Shown: piece by piece, positions 36,421-49,884 of the stretch | How positions within the stretch are numbered: position 1 is the first letter of the stretch | Layout: each line of letters begins with the position of its first letter | Source of the DNA: Harriotta raleighana | Taxonomy: Eukaryota | DNA: 64,000 bases | Direction of reading: 5' to 3' | Assembly (NCBI GenBank): GCA_050575255.1 | Contig: JBNZDD010013726.1 | Span: 8,560,302 to 8,624,301, forward strand | Position numbers and translations under genes: made by a program | Notes under the pieces: generated by a model | What the model was told of the DNA's origin: nothing | The model's database searches: none | What the model saw: only the letters and a program-made list of their open reading frames with translations

Positions 36421-39400
36421 CACATTTGTGGGAAAAAGGTTGCGAGAGAAGGGGCGAACAGAATACACAAGTATTTAAAGCACTCAAGGAAGTAATACAG
36501 AGAATACCACACACACGTGCTAGCATTTAAACAATGAGCGGATTTGACTGTAAAGTGTTGAGGGTTTGGTTCTGTTTATCTAGTGAGCTTCTTGGATTGT
36601 TTAAATGGGTCACGGAGGCCAGGCTTTTTTTTTTAATGGCATTTCCCTATTAAAGTGTCTGTAAGAGCATTCTGTTTTTTACATTTAAGATCACGCAGAA
36701 TTGTGGAAAGTTTTAAAATGCTTCATTTTGAAGTTGCTTCTTTTTAACAACCGCAAAGATTCCTGGCTTCTAAATTAAAGTCTGATAAAGGAGTATGACA
36801 CAGCTAAACAAAACAGTCTTAAGTGGAAATGCAAAGCTTATTTGGCCTAAATTGTTGTGCATTTAGAAATTGCATTACATTACTGCATGTGGAGATAGTG
36901 AGTGCTCTATAGATCACTATTTAGAATAACCGAGCAAAACTGAGTTCTGCCTTATCGTTCAAAATATCTTGATATCTTCATCTTACAGCAAGTGCACTGA
37001 GTTACAGTAAAATATTGCAGGTACTGGCACAGGTTCATAAACACTGCACTCAGGTTTTGTAATAAATAACTTACATCAACAAACATAACTAAATCTTCAA
37101 GTCACGTTGGTGGAGGTAATATAAGTCTGCTATGACCTTTTAGACAGCTGTAGATTTGAAGACTTTAGACAGAAGAGACTCTGTTCTATATTAATTCTCC
37201 TATATTATGCTGCAGTTACACTTGCCACACGTAAAATATTTGCTGGATTTGCTTACTGGAGAAAGTTGCTGGCATCATCCCAAAACAATATCTTAAAGCA
37301 CTGAGATCAGAGTAAAGAGCCCTAAACTCTGAGCTTGTTTCTCCAAACAATCTACAGTACTTGTACTAAGAAAATGTACATTGTAACTATATCTGGCACT
37401 CTTAACATTGTATGAATTGGATCCAAGAACCCAAACTATTACAGGTGTCAATGCAGCTCAGAGACCGTATTAACAAGTCTGCAATCCAGAGGACAATGAG
37501 TTACAGGAAAGAGTCCTGTGCACATGCATATCACGATTCATCTCGGGTACCAGAGATGAAAGCAGATTTTCACCCAGCTTCCAAACCTTCTGTAAATGAA
37601 TATCATACTGCAAGCAGTAGTATTAAAATACGTGAGTCTACACAGCAAAGTAAAGCACAGCTATTTAGAAAAAGCACTTGTCAAACAAGCTAATAAACCT
37701 ACAATACATTAACCAGACAGCTTGCTCTTAGTGCCTCTCCCAACAATCCCTTTGGTTTCCTACTTATCCTTCATTGTCTATTCATTGCTGTGTGTTCTTT
37801 GTGGGAGCATTTTGTCAACCTGATGTATAAAATACCCTAACCTATTTAAAATGCATGGAAACAGCAATAAAGTAAACCTTGTGGCAATTGTTTCCCTTGT
37901 GTCTGATAGAGTAATGTTGTCTCATCTGTTACTCGGGAAATAAAAAAGTCAAGCTTAAATGCACAAAAAATTATGATGGAAGCTCTAAATAAAGTGAGGT
38001 AATGTAAGTTTATTGAGTACAGAATCAATCAATCAATGGGCAAGTGGATTAACAACAACTCATCGACTCAAGCGAGATGATTTGCTGAAATATCAAGAAG
38101 ATTGCGTAATTAAGGACTAAAATGTTGTCTGCAACATTAGAGGATGTAAACGATGAGAAATCAATGTAAGGGTGGGTGGGAGGGGGGGTGAAAACGCATA
38201 GAAGCATCTCCCTCCCCCCATTCCTGACATACTGCTGTGTTTATTGCTCAACAACATTCCTGCAATGACCTGAAACTTCTGTCAGTGTTTATTTACTCCC
38301 AACACATCAAATGATCAATATTTTTAATTTGGGATCAAGTTATTATTTTTCACATCACAGCTTCAGGAGCAAAGTAAAGTGGCTCATATTTTAGCGCTAA
38401 AAAGATCGATATGACAGTTTCACCTTCACTACAGACCCTGCCAGTTGACTGCAGCACATCATAATGTACAGTAGGTGATGTAGGTGCAGGCGAGCTAGAA
38501 TCACATCATTATCCAGACATGGAGCCAGACAGGAATGATTTAGCCCATCATGAAGCGCCCGATGCCCTTAGTAAACCAATCTCAGCTCATACAGTTTATC
38601 ATACCTGTCTTTTATTGAGCAAAGGACGGACAGTTTCATAAAAGCAGATTACGTCCCTCATCATAAATGCATCCAATTTTTGCTGAGCCAAGGAACATCT
38701 GTAAACTATAATTAATTTTCCATAAATTTCCAAACAAAATTATTCAAACCTGAAACCATGCCTTGAAATACAGTTATAATTCATTGACTACGGCGGATTC
38801 ATTGATCGCTATTCAGTATGTCTGTGCGTACAGGAAGAAGAATTACAACCACAGCGTATTACTTTGGTGACATCTACTTCATTTAAATGATTTGGGACTG
38901 CTCTGCTTTTCCCTAGTCAAAATGAAAGGTGGCCGGGTGGCTTATTCTATCTCAGTCACATTTTGTCTACGCTGGAAATGCACTCACGGTTTATGTTTGA
39001 CATAAATTCAAGACACAATTCTCAATCAAAAATCTATCCCATGTTCACAGATCATGCTTCTTAGTTCTAAGCAACTCGTGATTTTATAGTCCTTTTTCTT
39101 CCAACAGAAAGGATTCATACAAAATGATTTGCTTTAAGAAGTCAAAGGTTGATTGGAAAACAATATCCACAGTCCAATTGCTGGCAGCTTATTAAATAGA
39201 GCTCAATTATCTTGGACGTTTGCCATATCACTGTTTCATGTAATAGCTGAGAATGGCATGGACGTATAGACACAATTTTTCTGGTGATTAATATTGAGCT
39301 GCAATGTCATTATATAGAGTTACAAAGTACAAAGGGAAACAAAATTGGTTCTCCAAAAAACACGATTTAAATGGTGAGACACCAAAGGTTAAACGTAAAA

Positions 39401-40250
39401 GATCTTTGGGGGTTCATCCACCATAATCAAATAATTCAACAGAACAAGGTGTGTTATATTCTCGCTTAGGCTATAATAATAAATCAAAGATAGAGGCCAC
39501 CAATCTCGAGGAAGTCCATCGCCATTTTGTTTCTATGTGAATCTGGCTGTGAGATTCACGTTGGTCTTTATTCACTAAGTAATAGGGTATTCTTCCCATG
39601 TGCCCCTCCACAAAAGCCATTGGAAAAAAATGAATGCTTCAGTTATTAAAAAGGATAACATTTTGGAGCAAGTAGCGAAACTAATTCTATACATTAAAAT
39701 AGCCAAGACTGGGTTTGAATCACTTACAAAAAAAAAGTAGTGGTCACTCGCACTGCCTGACTCCACTCACCTGTTTGCCCCCACAACCTCACTCACCTGC
39801 CTGACCTCCCTCCACCCCACTCAGCCACCCTCCCCGCAATGGAAATATCTGCAAACAAATCACCAAGGGAATGTTGTATGATATGTGCACATTGCCAGAC
39901 AGTGGAGGAAGGAATTAAGGAGAACCCATCCAGGTATTTATTTACATGTAAAAGTCAAATCTAAAGCTACATGCTTTTGCTGCTCATCCACAATATTTGG
40001 GGTGGAGGGGAATTCAACTTTCTGATTTGATAGTTCAATGGCATCTTGCATTCAACTTATCCTTTAACAACAACAACAANGAGACAGTGGAGGAAGGAAT
40101 TAAGGAGAACCCATCCAGTTATTTATTTACATGTAAAAGTCGAATCTAAAGCTACATGCTTTTGCTGCTCATCCACAATATTTGGGGTGGGGGGGAATTC
40201 AACTTTCTGATTTAATAGTTCAATGGCATCTTGCATTCAACTTATCCTTT

Positions 40251-40650
40251 AACAACAACAACAAAATTACATTTGTATAGNTGCTTCAGACCCGAGCTAA
40301 GGATGGTGGGGGGTGGGAGGGGGGGGGGTGGGGGGCACGGGCGGGGGAGGCATGGGACCATCGAAGAGGAAAGTCTTGAGGTGAGATTTGAAGGAGGCCA
40401 GGGAGGGTGCGAGGCGGAGGGACTTCGGGATGGAGTTCCAGAGGTTGGGGGCACTTTAACTGAAGGCTTGCCCACCAATGGTGGGGTGGGTGGGTCGGGG
40501 GACATGGAGCAGGCCAGAGTTTGCTGAGCGGAGGGGGCGGGCAGATTGATAGGGGGATAGGAGGTCGTGGATGTAGGGTAGGGCGAGGTTGGGGGGAGGG
40601 CTCTATGTGCGAGGACCAGGATCTTGAATTGGATCCTGTGGGACAAGAGA
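40251..40650 (-). mobile_element. L2 LINE 3' fragment
   Basis: RIQFKILVLAHRAL...LLHVP...WNSIPKSLRLA.SLASFKSHLKTFLFD, with an (aac)n tail on the plus strand. Confidence 0.88.
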
Positions 40651-41097
40651 TTCTCCTTCATCCCCTCTGGAATATAAATTCGCTATTTACTATAACTTTT
40701 GAAAACAATCACAAATTCAGCATTTCTTTCCTCCTTCCCCCAGGCGCAAGCATTCACTAAAACAGCGGAGACTTGGAGAAACAACAGCCGGCACAAAATT
40801 GAAAAAATAAACCCCAACCCAAGAATTGCTCTACAGGCGAGTGCTTAAACCACAAGCTACAGTCTCGTTTCAGTGATGAAGATGGAATGCGGGGGAGCAT
40901 GGAAGGGTTTGGGCCTGTGATTCTTCACACTCTGCCATTGATCCACTAATTAAACAACAAAACAGTAGAGACACGTCACGACTGCAAGGAAAGGAAGTGA
41001 GAGCAAGAGTGGCCCAAGTCGCTCCCATACGTTTGCTGATGCCGAGCTGCAGAGCAACAACAACAACAACAAAATTACATCTGTATAGTGCCTTGTC

Positions 41098-41436
41098 GAG
41101 TCCTGTGGCTCATTAGTTAGAGCACTCGCCTGACAAGCCTGTGACCTGTGTTTCAAATCCAGGCAGGTCAGAGCGAAACCGTGGGCAAGTTTCCTTACTC
41201 CACGCGCCTGATATTAATCCGTCCCCAAAAATAAACTATAATAAACTGATCATTTCAATCCACCGACTGTTTGTGGGACGCTGCTGTGCAATATTGGCTC
41301 CTGCGTTTTGCCCACAAATATACAGTCAGTTGCTTTTACAGTACAATCTGAGAAGCGCCTTGAGACGTCGAGAAGACGTGAAAAGCCCAATATCAATTGC
41401 AAGGATTATTATCATTATAATGAATTATTATTATTA
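41098..41436 (+). mobile_element. tRNA-derived SINE, full length
   Basis: gagtcctgtggctcattagttagagcactcgcc...tttcaaatcc head and a (tta)n tail. Abuts a minus-strand L2 tail at about 41056-41097. Confidence 0.92.
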
Positions 41437-41763
41437 CGTCAGGATGAAACAATATTGGCAGAGGCTCCTGCTTTCTCTCTTGGATCAGCGGGGATTATAC
41501 TGAACACATAGAAGCCAGGCACATAGAAATCATAGCCATTACCTGACAGGCAGCGACCAGGGATTGCAGCCGTCACAGAGAAACCAAGGACAGCACCCGA
41601 CAGACAGAGACAGAAATGCATTCGGATTTGTCAAAAAGCAGTAAACAGCAATATGGAACCAACAATGTCTTACCCATTGCTGAGACATTACTAGATCAGT
41701 TACTTTCTGTGCTGGACTCAATTATCATGTCATTTTATTATATGCTCATGGTTTAAGATAATA

Positions 41764-42078
41764 TAATAATAATAATAATAATCCTTGCATTTGATCTAGC
41801 GCTTTTCACATCTTATCGACCTCCCAAAGCGCTTCACAGAATATACTGTAAAGGGAACTGACTGTATATTTGTGGGCGGAATGCAGCAGCGTCCCCCACA
41901 AACAGTCATGGATTGAAATGACCGGTAATTTTATTATTGCGGTTTTTTCGGGAGGGATTATTATTAGGCGAGTGGAGTAAGGAAACTTGCCCAAGGTTTC
42001 GCCCTGATCTGCCGGGATTCGAACACAGGTCTCACGCTTGCAAGGCGAGTGCTCTAACCACTGAGCCACAGGAGCTCC
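41764..42078 (-). mobile_element. tRNA-derived SINE, full length
   Basis: Minus head ggagctcctgtggctcagtggttagagcactcgccttgcaagcgtgagacctgtgttcgaatccc (A box TGGCTCAGTGG, B box GTTCGAATCC). Tail reads (taa)n on the plus strand. Confidence 0.93.
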
Positions 42079-45000
42079 AAGACCACTAAACAAAATCTAG
42101 CTGCTGATCGAAGAGCAGCTGTTTGTCAAAGGGCTGTACATTTCTGCCAACTCTCAAAAGTTTGGCGAACTTTGGTATGCTGCATTCAAAGCTCTGCTCT
42201 GATATTTCTAGTGGGTGTTTGTTATTGAGCCCCTGGCAACATCCACCATCAGACCGGCTGTGCGGATTACATCGTATGTTTTCCTGCAAATTTTCTTAGA
42301 AAGTTTCAATGCGTCCATTTAACTTTTCACTGTAGAAATGAAATGAAATGTCTCGTTACGAGCAGTCAGTGAGAGTGTGCCACCTATTGGCTGAATGCCG
42401 AACAGTACAAGCTGCAGCTGTTATGAATTCTGAAACGCAATACATCCTCTCCCCTCTCAGCCGTTCCTCAGACTTGGAACTGAATGGGGGCAAAACAGGA
42501 AACGAGGGAAGAGTCAAAAACTGATGTCTCCTCAAAAGATGATTCAATCTTAAGTTTGCTGGGCATTTCAAAACAGCTGCAGGGAAGCAGAGCACAAAAC
42601 GCAAAGCTCTTTGCTTATAAGACACCAAGCGAGCTTCAGCCTGATAACTTTGAGAGCCAGTTTGAAAGGAATGTCACTTGTGTATCACCAAATTGTTTTA
42701 TGAGAAGACTTGTGATTTGAGGAGGTTGAGGTTCTTAAAGCTCTTGCTGCAGCTTTCAAGATTTATTGCAGTGGTTTGGATAATCCTCGTTTAGGATATC
42801 TCCACAGCTAAAATCCTGAATCCACAATGTGCGGGTTGGTTGGTTGGTGACAACACATTGAACATACAATACTCCGAGCCGCCCATGGTTTATATTTCCA
42901 AACTGGCTGCAAATGTCTCCCTTCAGCTCTCAGGGGTGTGTATGCCATTTCTCTTTGATGTTAATGTTGGTGATGCTACATCACTGGGCCAGAAGAGTGA
43001 GCAAATGTGAAATTTACACATTCATCGATATATCGTCTTGCCACGAACAGGACATTTATTCTGCGCGGTGGCAGATCAGGTGACTCTCAGTGTTGCAGGT
43101 TGTGTCCCTAGTCTGCTGAAACTTCAGCCCATTGAATGCCATTCCTTCAGTGGTTTTTAACAATGTGGTCACTCTGAAAGAACGGAATTCACCTTCCAAA
43201 CCACCCAGAGTGAATACTGTAAAATGTGGAGTACTGTACTGTGTAAGCCTGTCTCTTAGCCTGTCTTTTAGCTGTGGAGCTGTGTCTCAATGCCTTGGGA
43301 CATCCTCCCAATGTGAAAGGCGCTGTACGAATGTAATTTTATTGTTGTCGTTGTAAAATCTCATTAAAACACTAACTTGTCCAAGGGATGAAAGACGGCG
43401 GAAAGACATCAATCTCCACTATTTCCTGAATTGTTCCAGAGCAATGATTCTTCAGCAAAATACATATATTATTCTGTTGAACACTTCTTTATGGTTTCCA
43501 CGTTGCGCCCCAGAACTACAGAATTTAGGTCATTACATGACCTTATTTGCCTCATCAAGCTGCTTTTAAAGTAACAACTCAAGTCATTAATGTTGTGTCC
43601 TTGTATTGACATTCTATGTCTCGCGAGAGGTAAATAATGGGTTTTCTATGTACAGCGATACGGCCAGTTAAATTGGAGACATTATTCCAGTGTTGTTAGA
43701 CCTTGTTAGTCAATACAAAGCCATGGAAAACATCAGAATACCCCCCCCCACCCCCCCTCCGCATCACCCACATCCCACCCCCCACCACCCTCTTGCAAAC
43801 ACTGCAAGTTAAAATCCACCATCATTAAACATTTCACAATCAACTCCCAGACATCCAACCTGCTTGGTAAATACTAAAACAAATTGAAAGAAATCTTTTG
43901 AAACAATTTGTCTATTAACAGCCGTGTATTTTTCACGTGTTATTTCCTTATTCAAGTGTTTCATTTGGTTTGAGCTGTGGCCTGTGGTGAGCTCATTCTG
44001 GTACTCTGTGGCACATTATTCCATGAAAAGATATTCAATATTGTTTTACTTTTTTCCTGCGGTTTTAACCATAATTTTGGAGTTATAAATTCCAGTTGTT
44101 GCAGTCAACTAATAAGCTTGTCCAAAACATCTGCACATAAAATCCTGAAATACAATTGGAGCAACAATTTGCAGAATGGGAAAATTCGCCCACTGAGTGT
44201 GGCAGAGGGAGAAACACCGATTTCTTTGTGGTGACACATAGCAATGTTACAAGATTCATTGTCCAGAGTAAGTAGTTTATCGAAAGATATAAAGACACAA
44301 CTAATTACTTGTTTAAAAACAGGCAACGTTACTAGCAACTGGTAAACAAAAAAATTGGTGAACTCAGTGACTTCTAGCCCTCTTCTCGGGCAATCGCAAT
44401 CCTCGTTTTTGATTAACTATAACTAACAGCACTTTGGACTACTGTTGAACCCTTCAAAAAAAAACATTACTGACACGTCGGTAGTCGAGATATTATTAAC
44501 ACTATCTTAGGCCATCGGGCTTTGTAGAAATTCGATTTAAATAAAGGTGTGTGCAAAACTATGCAAGCAGGGTGTGACAGTCTAATCAATAGCCCATTAG
44601 CACAGAATGAGCAAACATCACCCAATTCACATGTTAACATAAGGAAACATAAGCAAACAACTTTTGGTTGTTTTCATTGCAGCAGCTGACTAATAGTATT
44701 GGTACAACTGTACTAGACTCCAAAAGGGCTCTTCTGATGGCCTAGTGAGTAAAGGGGCTGTTAATTGTTGCCATAGGCCATTCGAATTAGAAGGTCAAAG
44801 GTTCAAATCACAAAGCTCAGAGACCTACTTTATCTAACTGTTGCTCTATCGTAGGTCATTCCTTCAACGTTAGGGATCATACTCATTACTATCATCAACT
44901 CATCAAGTCAAGCTGTGCTGGCAGCAATAGAATAGGAAAACAGCAATTTTATCCAAAGGATGAATTTACCACATGATTGTGGTTCTTTCCACTGACTGGC

Positions 45001-47719
45001 TGGCCTGGGGGTCAATATTTTGCCCAGTTTCTGTGCAATGAGACAAAGGCATGTTACATTTGGTTACTTGCTAATGATCAAGTTACTGAGATGACAAGTA
45101 GACACCACCTACCTAAAATGCATAAACATACTAAATTCACTGTGCAAAGTTAGCAAAAGTACGTATTACATCTACACTCGTTGGAAGTTAAGTAGATAAT
45201 ACCATCTATTAAAAATGCCTGCAAATGCACAGTACTGAAAAATTACTCCTGTTCTGTATATGAGAAGATGTATAATAATTACCTGTGAGGCTTGTAATAA
45301 GTTAGGCATCAGCACTTAGATAATGTAACAATTAATATTTTTTTTCCTGCAAGACGGAATTAAGGAAATATTGGCATCTAGTGTCCAACACAATTAATTT
45401 GTTCTGTTTCCCAGTGTAACTGAATCTACTTTTCTATTTTCTCATAACAATAAATTGCAGTCACTCCAGCAGAATTCCTGCTTGTTGGATGCCATCTGGT
45501 GGCTTGTGTTGACAATGTCACATAACTTGTCGTATAGATTGATGGAAATTTGACTGCATTTGACAACAGTAACAACTTGCATTTACCTAGTGCTCAGATC
45601 GTGGGCTCGTGTCCCCGAGTGCTTCAACGAGCCAGGGCGGGGTTGCTGAGCATTAGCACGATCAAAAAGGAATTCATTTGAAGGTGGGAAGGGAGGGGAC
45701 AATTCGAAATTATGCAAGTGCAGTCGTCCAAAAGGAAAGAAGTTCACTTCAAACTGATTATATCCTAAAGGGTGGATCTCAAAATAAATTGTGGCACTTT
45801 TGTAAGAGATTAGATGTAATTAGGTCTTAAATGACTTTATGGGCCTCAATTTTCTGAACATTATTTCCTTGTTTAAGCCACGTACCTAGACAGCAGCAGC
45901 GTTTATGTTCCTGTTCTTTTACAAGGTTACACCCATGGCTTAATGTGATATTGCACCTCTGAGTGGTACACCTATTGCTTACTCATCCATAGTCGATGCT
46001 CCCAGCTGTGAGAAATAAAGTTGGATACATTATTAACTTAAGAACAGCCAAGTGTTGATCTGATGTGTGGGGCAGGTTACTGATTGATTGTGGTTTACAT
46101 GGAAACTAAAGTGTACACACATGCACTTTATGCCCAGCCATCTGCTCAAAAATGAGTGCATCTGGGACTCTCTTCAGGGGTGTTCAGGGATTGTTGGTTT
46201 CTAAACACGGATCCTAATAGGAACCATAAATGTATTGTTTGCCAGAGAATTAGATATTCAATGTAAACGTGTAGTCTTTCCGATGTAAGCCTCTGTATTG
46301 CTCAATAAATATATTATTTATTTCAGCAAAACATATTTAATTTATGAGCCATACATGAATGTTAAGTACAGTTACAACCTTAATTTTATTGTGTGATAAA
46401 AATCATTGCATTTTGATATAGGGCCTTATCACATCATTGAGACATCTCAAAGTGCTTCACAGAATACATTGTAAATATATATTGTAGGATTGATTGTATA
46501 TTTTGTGGGTGAATCACGGCAGCCAGGTGTAAAGGAGGTGTGAAGATATTTACAGCTTCAATTCGGGAATAGACTTTTGTGTGATTAAATGTTTCACAGA
46601 ATTAACTTAATGCTGCCTTTGTATATTTATTTATTTGGGCCTGAGCTAGACCCTGAGTTAAATTCCAGAGTCAGTGCTCAATGAGTGCCACCTAGTGAAA
46701 GCAAATCAAACCACAGTCACCATGTACACCAAAAACAGTGGGCAGAGTAATTTCAACGTAAAGCACTCCTTCACTCCAATTTGAGATGAAGAAACATCAA
46801 TTTCTGTACACTCCCAGCAAATAGAAGGAACTCTCAGGGTGGCATGTACAATAGTTTTGACGTTAGAGAGCTCTCACCACAGGGAATTGGGATTTCAATT
46901 CTATCCACTCAATGATCTCTCTCTCAATGACACAATTCCACTGATGTGCTCAGAACCAGTCAGGACGGCAGATATCAGACAACTTTGCTAATCGTCTGGA
47001 AAATGATCACGGGGACACTCAGGCACGTTTCCAATTTCAGTCCGAATGTTAACCTGGAAACTTATCTTTGCATCATCGGTGTTCTAGTTGAAAGTTGCAA
47101 AAGATCAGGCTCTATCCTTTGCAGCGAAGCTCACACCAAATGGTTACTGGTTCAGCTGCAATGTTAATGTTGTTCTGCATCGCCCACCACCAACTATTTC
47201 CGTAAACGTTGCAGCAAGTTAATGAGACAGCTGCTTCTTGGAAACCTGATAGATCAGAACTGTCTCGGCTATCATTTCGGGAACGAAAATCCAATTGTTT
47301 GATTCAAATCCAAAAGAGAGATTTTCTGTTGTATCGTGACTAATTTCATCCTTAAAATATTAATGAGCGCCAACACTGAAAATCTGTTGTTTCACTCAAA
47401 CATTGTACTAAAGGCTGCAAGTTGGGACACCCTTTGAGATTATCTTTGTTAAAGTCCGTTTCAGCATTTCATAATCTATACATGTTTTACTAGGATCGCA
47501 CAAAGCATACAGTAAGAAGTCTACCTAATGTCTTCATTTTCTTAGTCTGTTGGTTCTGCCTAATCCTATCAATCTATTTATCCTGCCTAATTGGTACAGT
47601 TTAGACAAGTAGTTTGATCTAAACAGTGAAAATATCTATTTTTTTCCTGCTGTGTATTCTCTCTCTGTTTTCTCTCACCTGAGTTGGTAGGGGGGGAAAT
47701 CAAATTTCCAGCATGGTGT

Positions 47720-48030
47720 GGAGTTTTGTAACTCCATGGTAAGAACGCTCGCCTTCCAAGCGAGAGACCTGGGTACAATTCCCAGCAAAAGATTTGAATA
47801 TGTTCTTGGGCAAGTTTCCTTACTCCACATGCCTGATAATAATCCCTCAAGAAAAACAATAATAAATTGGTCATTTCAAGCCACGACTGTTTGTGGGACG
47901 CTGCTGTGCTCCATTGGCTGCCGCGTTTCGTCTACAAATATACAGTCAATTCACTTTACAGTATATTCTGTGACGTGCTTTGGGACATCAAGATGTGAAA
48001 AGCGCTATATCAAATGCAAGGATTATTAAT
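47720..48030 (+). mobile_element. tRNA-derived SINE, full length
   Basis: Same head, body and tail as the other copies, ending agcgctatatcaaatgcaaggattatt. Confidence 0.9.
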
Positions 48031-48543
48031 ATATTATCCCACACCAAGCTCCGCGACCACAATACTCCCACCGTCGCCCAGCTCCATTGGCTCCCCATCC
48101 CCAAGAGGATCGGATTCAAGATCCTCGTCCTCACTTTCAAGGCCATTCATAGCCTTGCCCCCTCCTATCTCTCCAACCTCCTGACTCCTTATGAACATGG
48201 CCGCCCCCTCCGTTCAGTGGGCTCTGATCTGCTCCATGTCCCCGGCCGACCCACCCTCCTATCAACGGACAGGCCTTCAGCTTCTTTACCCTCACACTCT
48301 GGAACTCCATCCTACAGTGCCTTCATCTCACTTCCTCCCTTGCCACCTTCATGGCGGATATCAAGACCTTTCTCTTCGATCGTGCCTTCTGCCACCCCTC
48401 CCAAATTTCTCCCTCCCGCTCTGCCCTGCCTCTCCCCCTTGCTCGGGTCCTGACCTGACTGTTCAGCGCCTTTGGATGTCCTCCCAGCATGTAGGGCGCT
48501 TTATAAATGTAATTTTGTTGTTCTATTATTATTATTATTATTA
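48031..48543 (+). mobile_element. L2 LINE 3' fragment directly abutting a SINE tail
   Basis: ILSHTKLRDHNTPTVAQLHWLPIPKRIGFKILVLTFKAIHSLAPSYLSNLL, ending gcgctttataaatgtaattttgttgttc(tat)n. Confidence 0.92.
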
Positions 48544-49321
48544 GTTTCTAGTGTTTGTTTTCAGCTGGGGTCCAATGGGAAAGGTGGTAGTTTCGAGCGT
48601 TTCCTGCACTGATGTTCAGCTCACAGTTTATGAATGACCACAAGCAAGAGCCACCCATTTCCTGGCAGGAAATTCTGCTAAACAAAACTTAAAGGCATAC
48701 ATAACTGCCTGCCTTGGGAACCCTTCACAAGGTCTTACATTAGATTGGGAAAAATAAGTCATTGAACAGCTGATGTCTTCCACTGAAAGGCTCCCTTGAG
48801 CAACTTTGAGATTTACAATTCAAGTTCATTAGATCACAAGGTTGGTTTGGATGAAGGAGCACCTTCTGTCCATCTGATCTAATTCTTCCAGAATATCGAA
48901 TTCACACCACAGTTTCAAGCTGCTTTTTAAATGACATCAGTGTCCTGGCAACAAACACCCTTCCTGTCAACCTGTTCCATCCATTAAATATCCTCTGAAT
49001 CAAGAAATAATTGCTGAACCTCTTCAAGAAAATCAAAAATCAAGAGCCCATCGCTTATCAGACCTTTCGGAGTAAACTAATAACTGCGGTTTATTCTCCC
49101 ACATTACAGAAAGTGCCATCACGCCTTTTACTGGGAAATGCTGCAGGTAAAACCTAACTGATTCTGAGCTTCCAAAAGTAAAACTAAAAACTAACGCCCA
49201 CATCAATTCATTTCGAGGCTATCCACCAGCCAGTTTAGCGGGGCTTTTAAACTTCACGCTGTTAAATTGGAATATTTATATTTCGTGCCAGAGGAAATCC
49301 AGGCAAAAAAAGCTGCTGATC

Positions 49322-49333
49322 TGTGTGTGTGTC

Positions 49334-49365
<32 letters not shown>
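49322..49365. repeat. (TG)n/(CG)n microsatellite
   Basis: tgtgtgtgtgtctgtgtgtgtgtgtgtgtgtgcgcgcgcgtgtg. Confidence 0.9.
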
Positions 49366-49366
<1 letters not shown>

Positions 49367-49796
49367 TGATCAACATGTCACATGGGAGACATAGGAACAC
49401 TGGAGGTCATTCAGTCCATCAATCCTGTTCCATTTATTTATTCAATTTGGGCAGATTTCTATTTAATCCTAATGCTCACCCTTTCACCACACTCCTTAAT
49501 ACTTCTATTGACCAGGTGTATGTCTATTTATTGTTAATTTAAAAATCCTATTACAGTAATTCTGTCTCTACATACTCCCAAACTGCTATTTTTCTATCCA
49601 AGCTGTACTACTGTACATTTTGCAATATGAAACTCTGTCTGTCATAGTTCTGCCTAAGCGATCAGTGAGAAAATGTTAACATTTCTTATTCATTGTTGGG
49701 CAATTGTGTACCATCGTTGAATTATACAGAGGGCACGTTATTAAATAGTTTTATCCCAATCTCGTATGTTGTAAGAGCCAGAAACCTTGTCCTTAC

Positions 49797-49884
49797 TGTG
49801 AAATGCTCCTGTGATTTGTAGTTTTCATCCAAGTATACGCGGGCTCGATTATACTCTTTCATTTCATCACTCGATAGCAGTTCT
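49797..49884 (-). CDS. INPP5A: INPP5A coding exon (exon 4 equivalent), 88 nt
   Basis: tttattccag|AGAACTG...TTCACA|gtaagg. Translates (K)ELLSSDEMKEYNRARVYLDENYKSQEHFT. Phase 2 in, phase 0 out, consistent with both neighbours. Confidence 0.97.

Noticed and set aside
39897-40281. Roughly 180-bp duplication around the N at 40080 (another N at 40281)
   Set aside because: Near-identical copies at a gap next to an L2 tail; an assembly artefact is the simplest reading.
41995-42078. tRNA-gene-like sequences (also at about 24475-24546, 32816-32885, 41098-41170 and 47720-47785)
   Set aside because: These are SINE heads. Each continues into the same SINE body, and the anticodon position varies between copies (TAC, GAC, TGC, TCC).
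42086-42289. 67-aa minus-strand ORF preceded by ttgcag
   Set aside because: There is no polypyrimidine tract and no recognisable homology, and it ends in a stop. The same applies to the other 60-130-aa ORF-track entries in intronic DNA.
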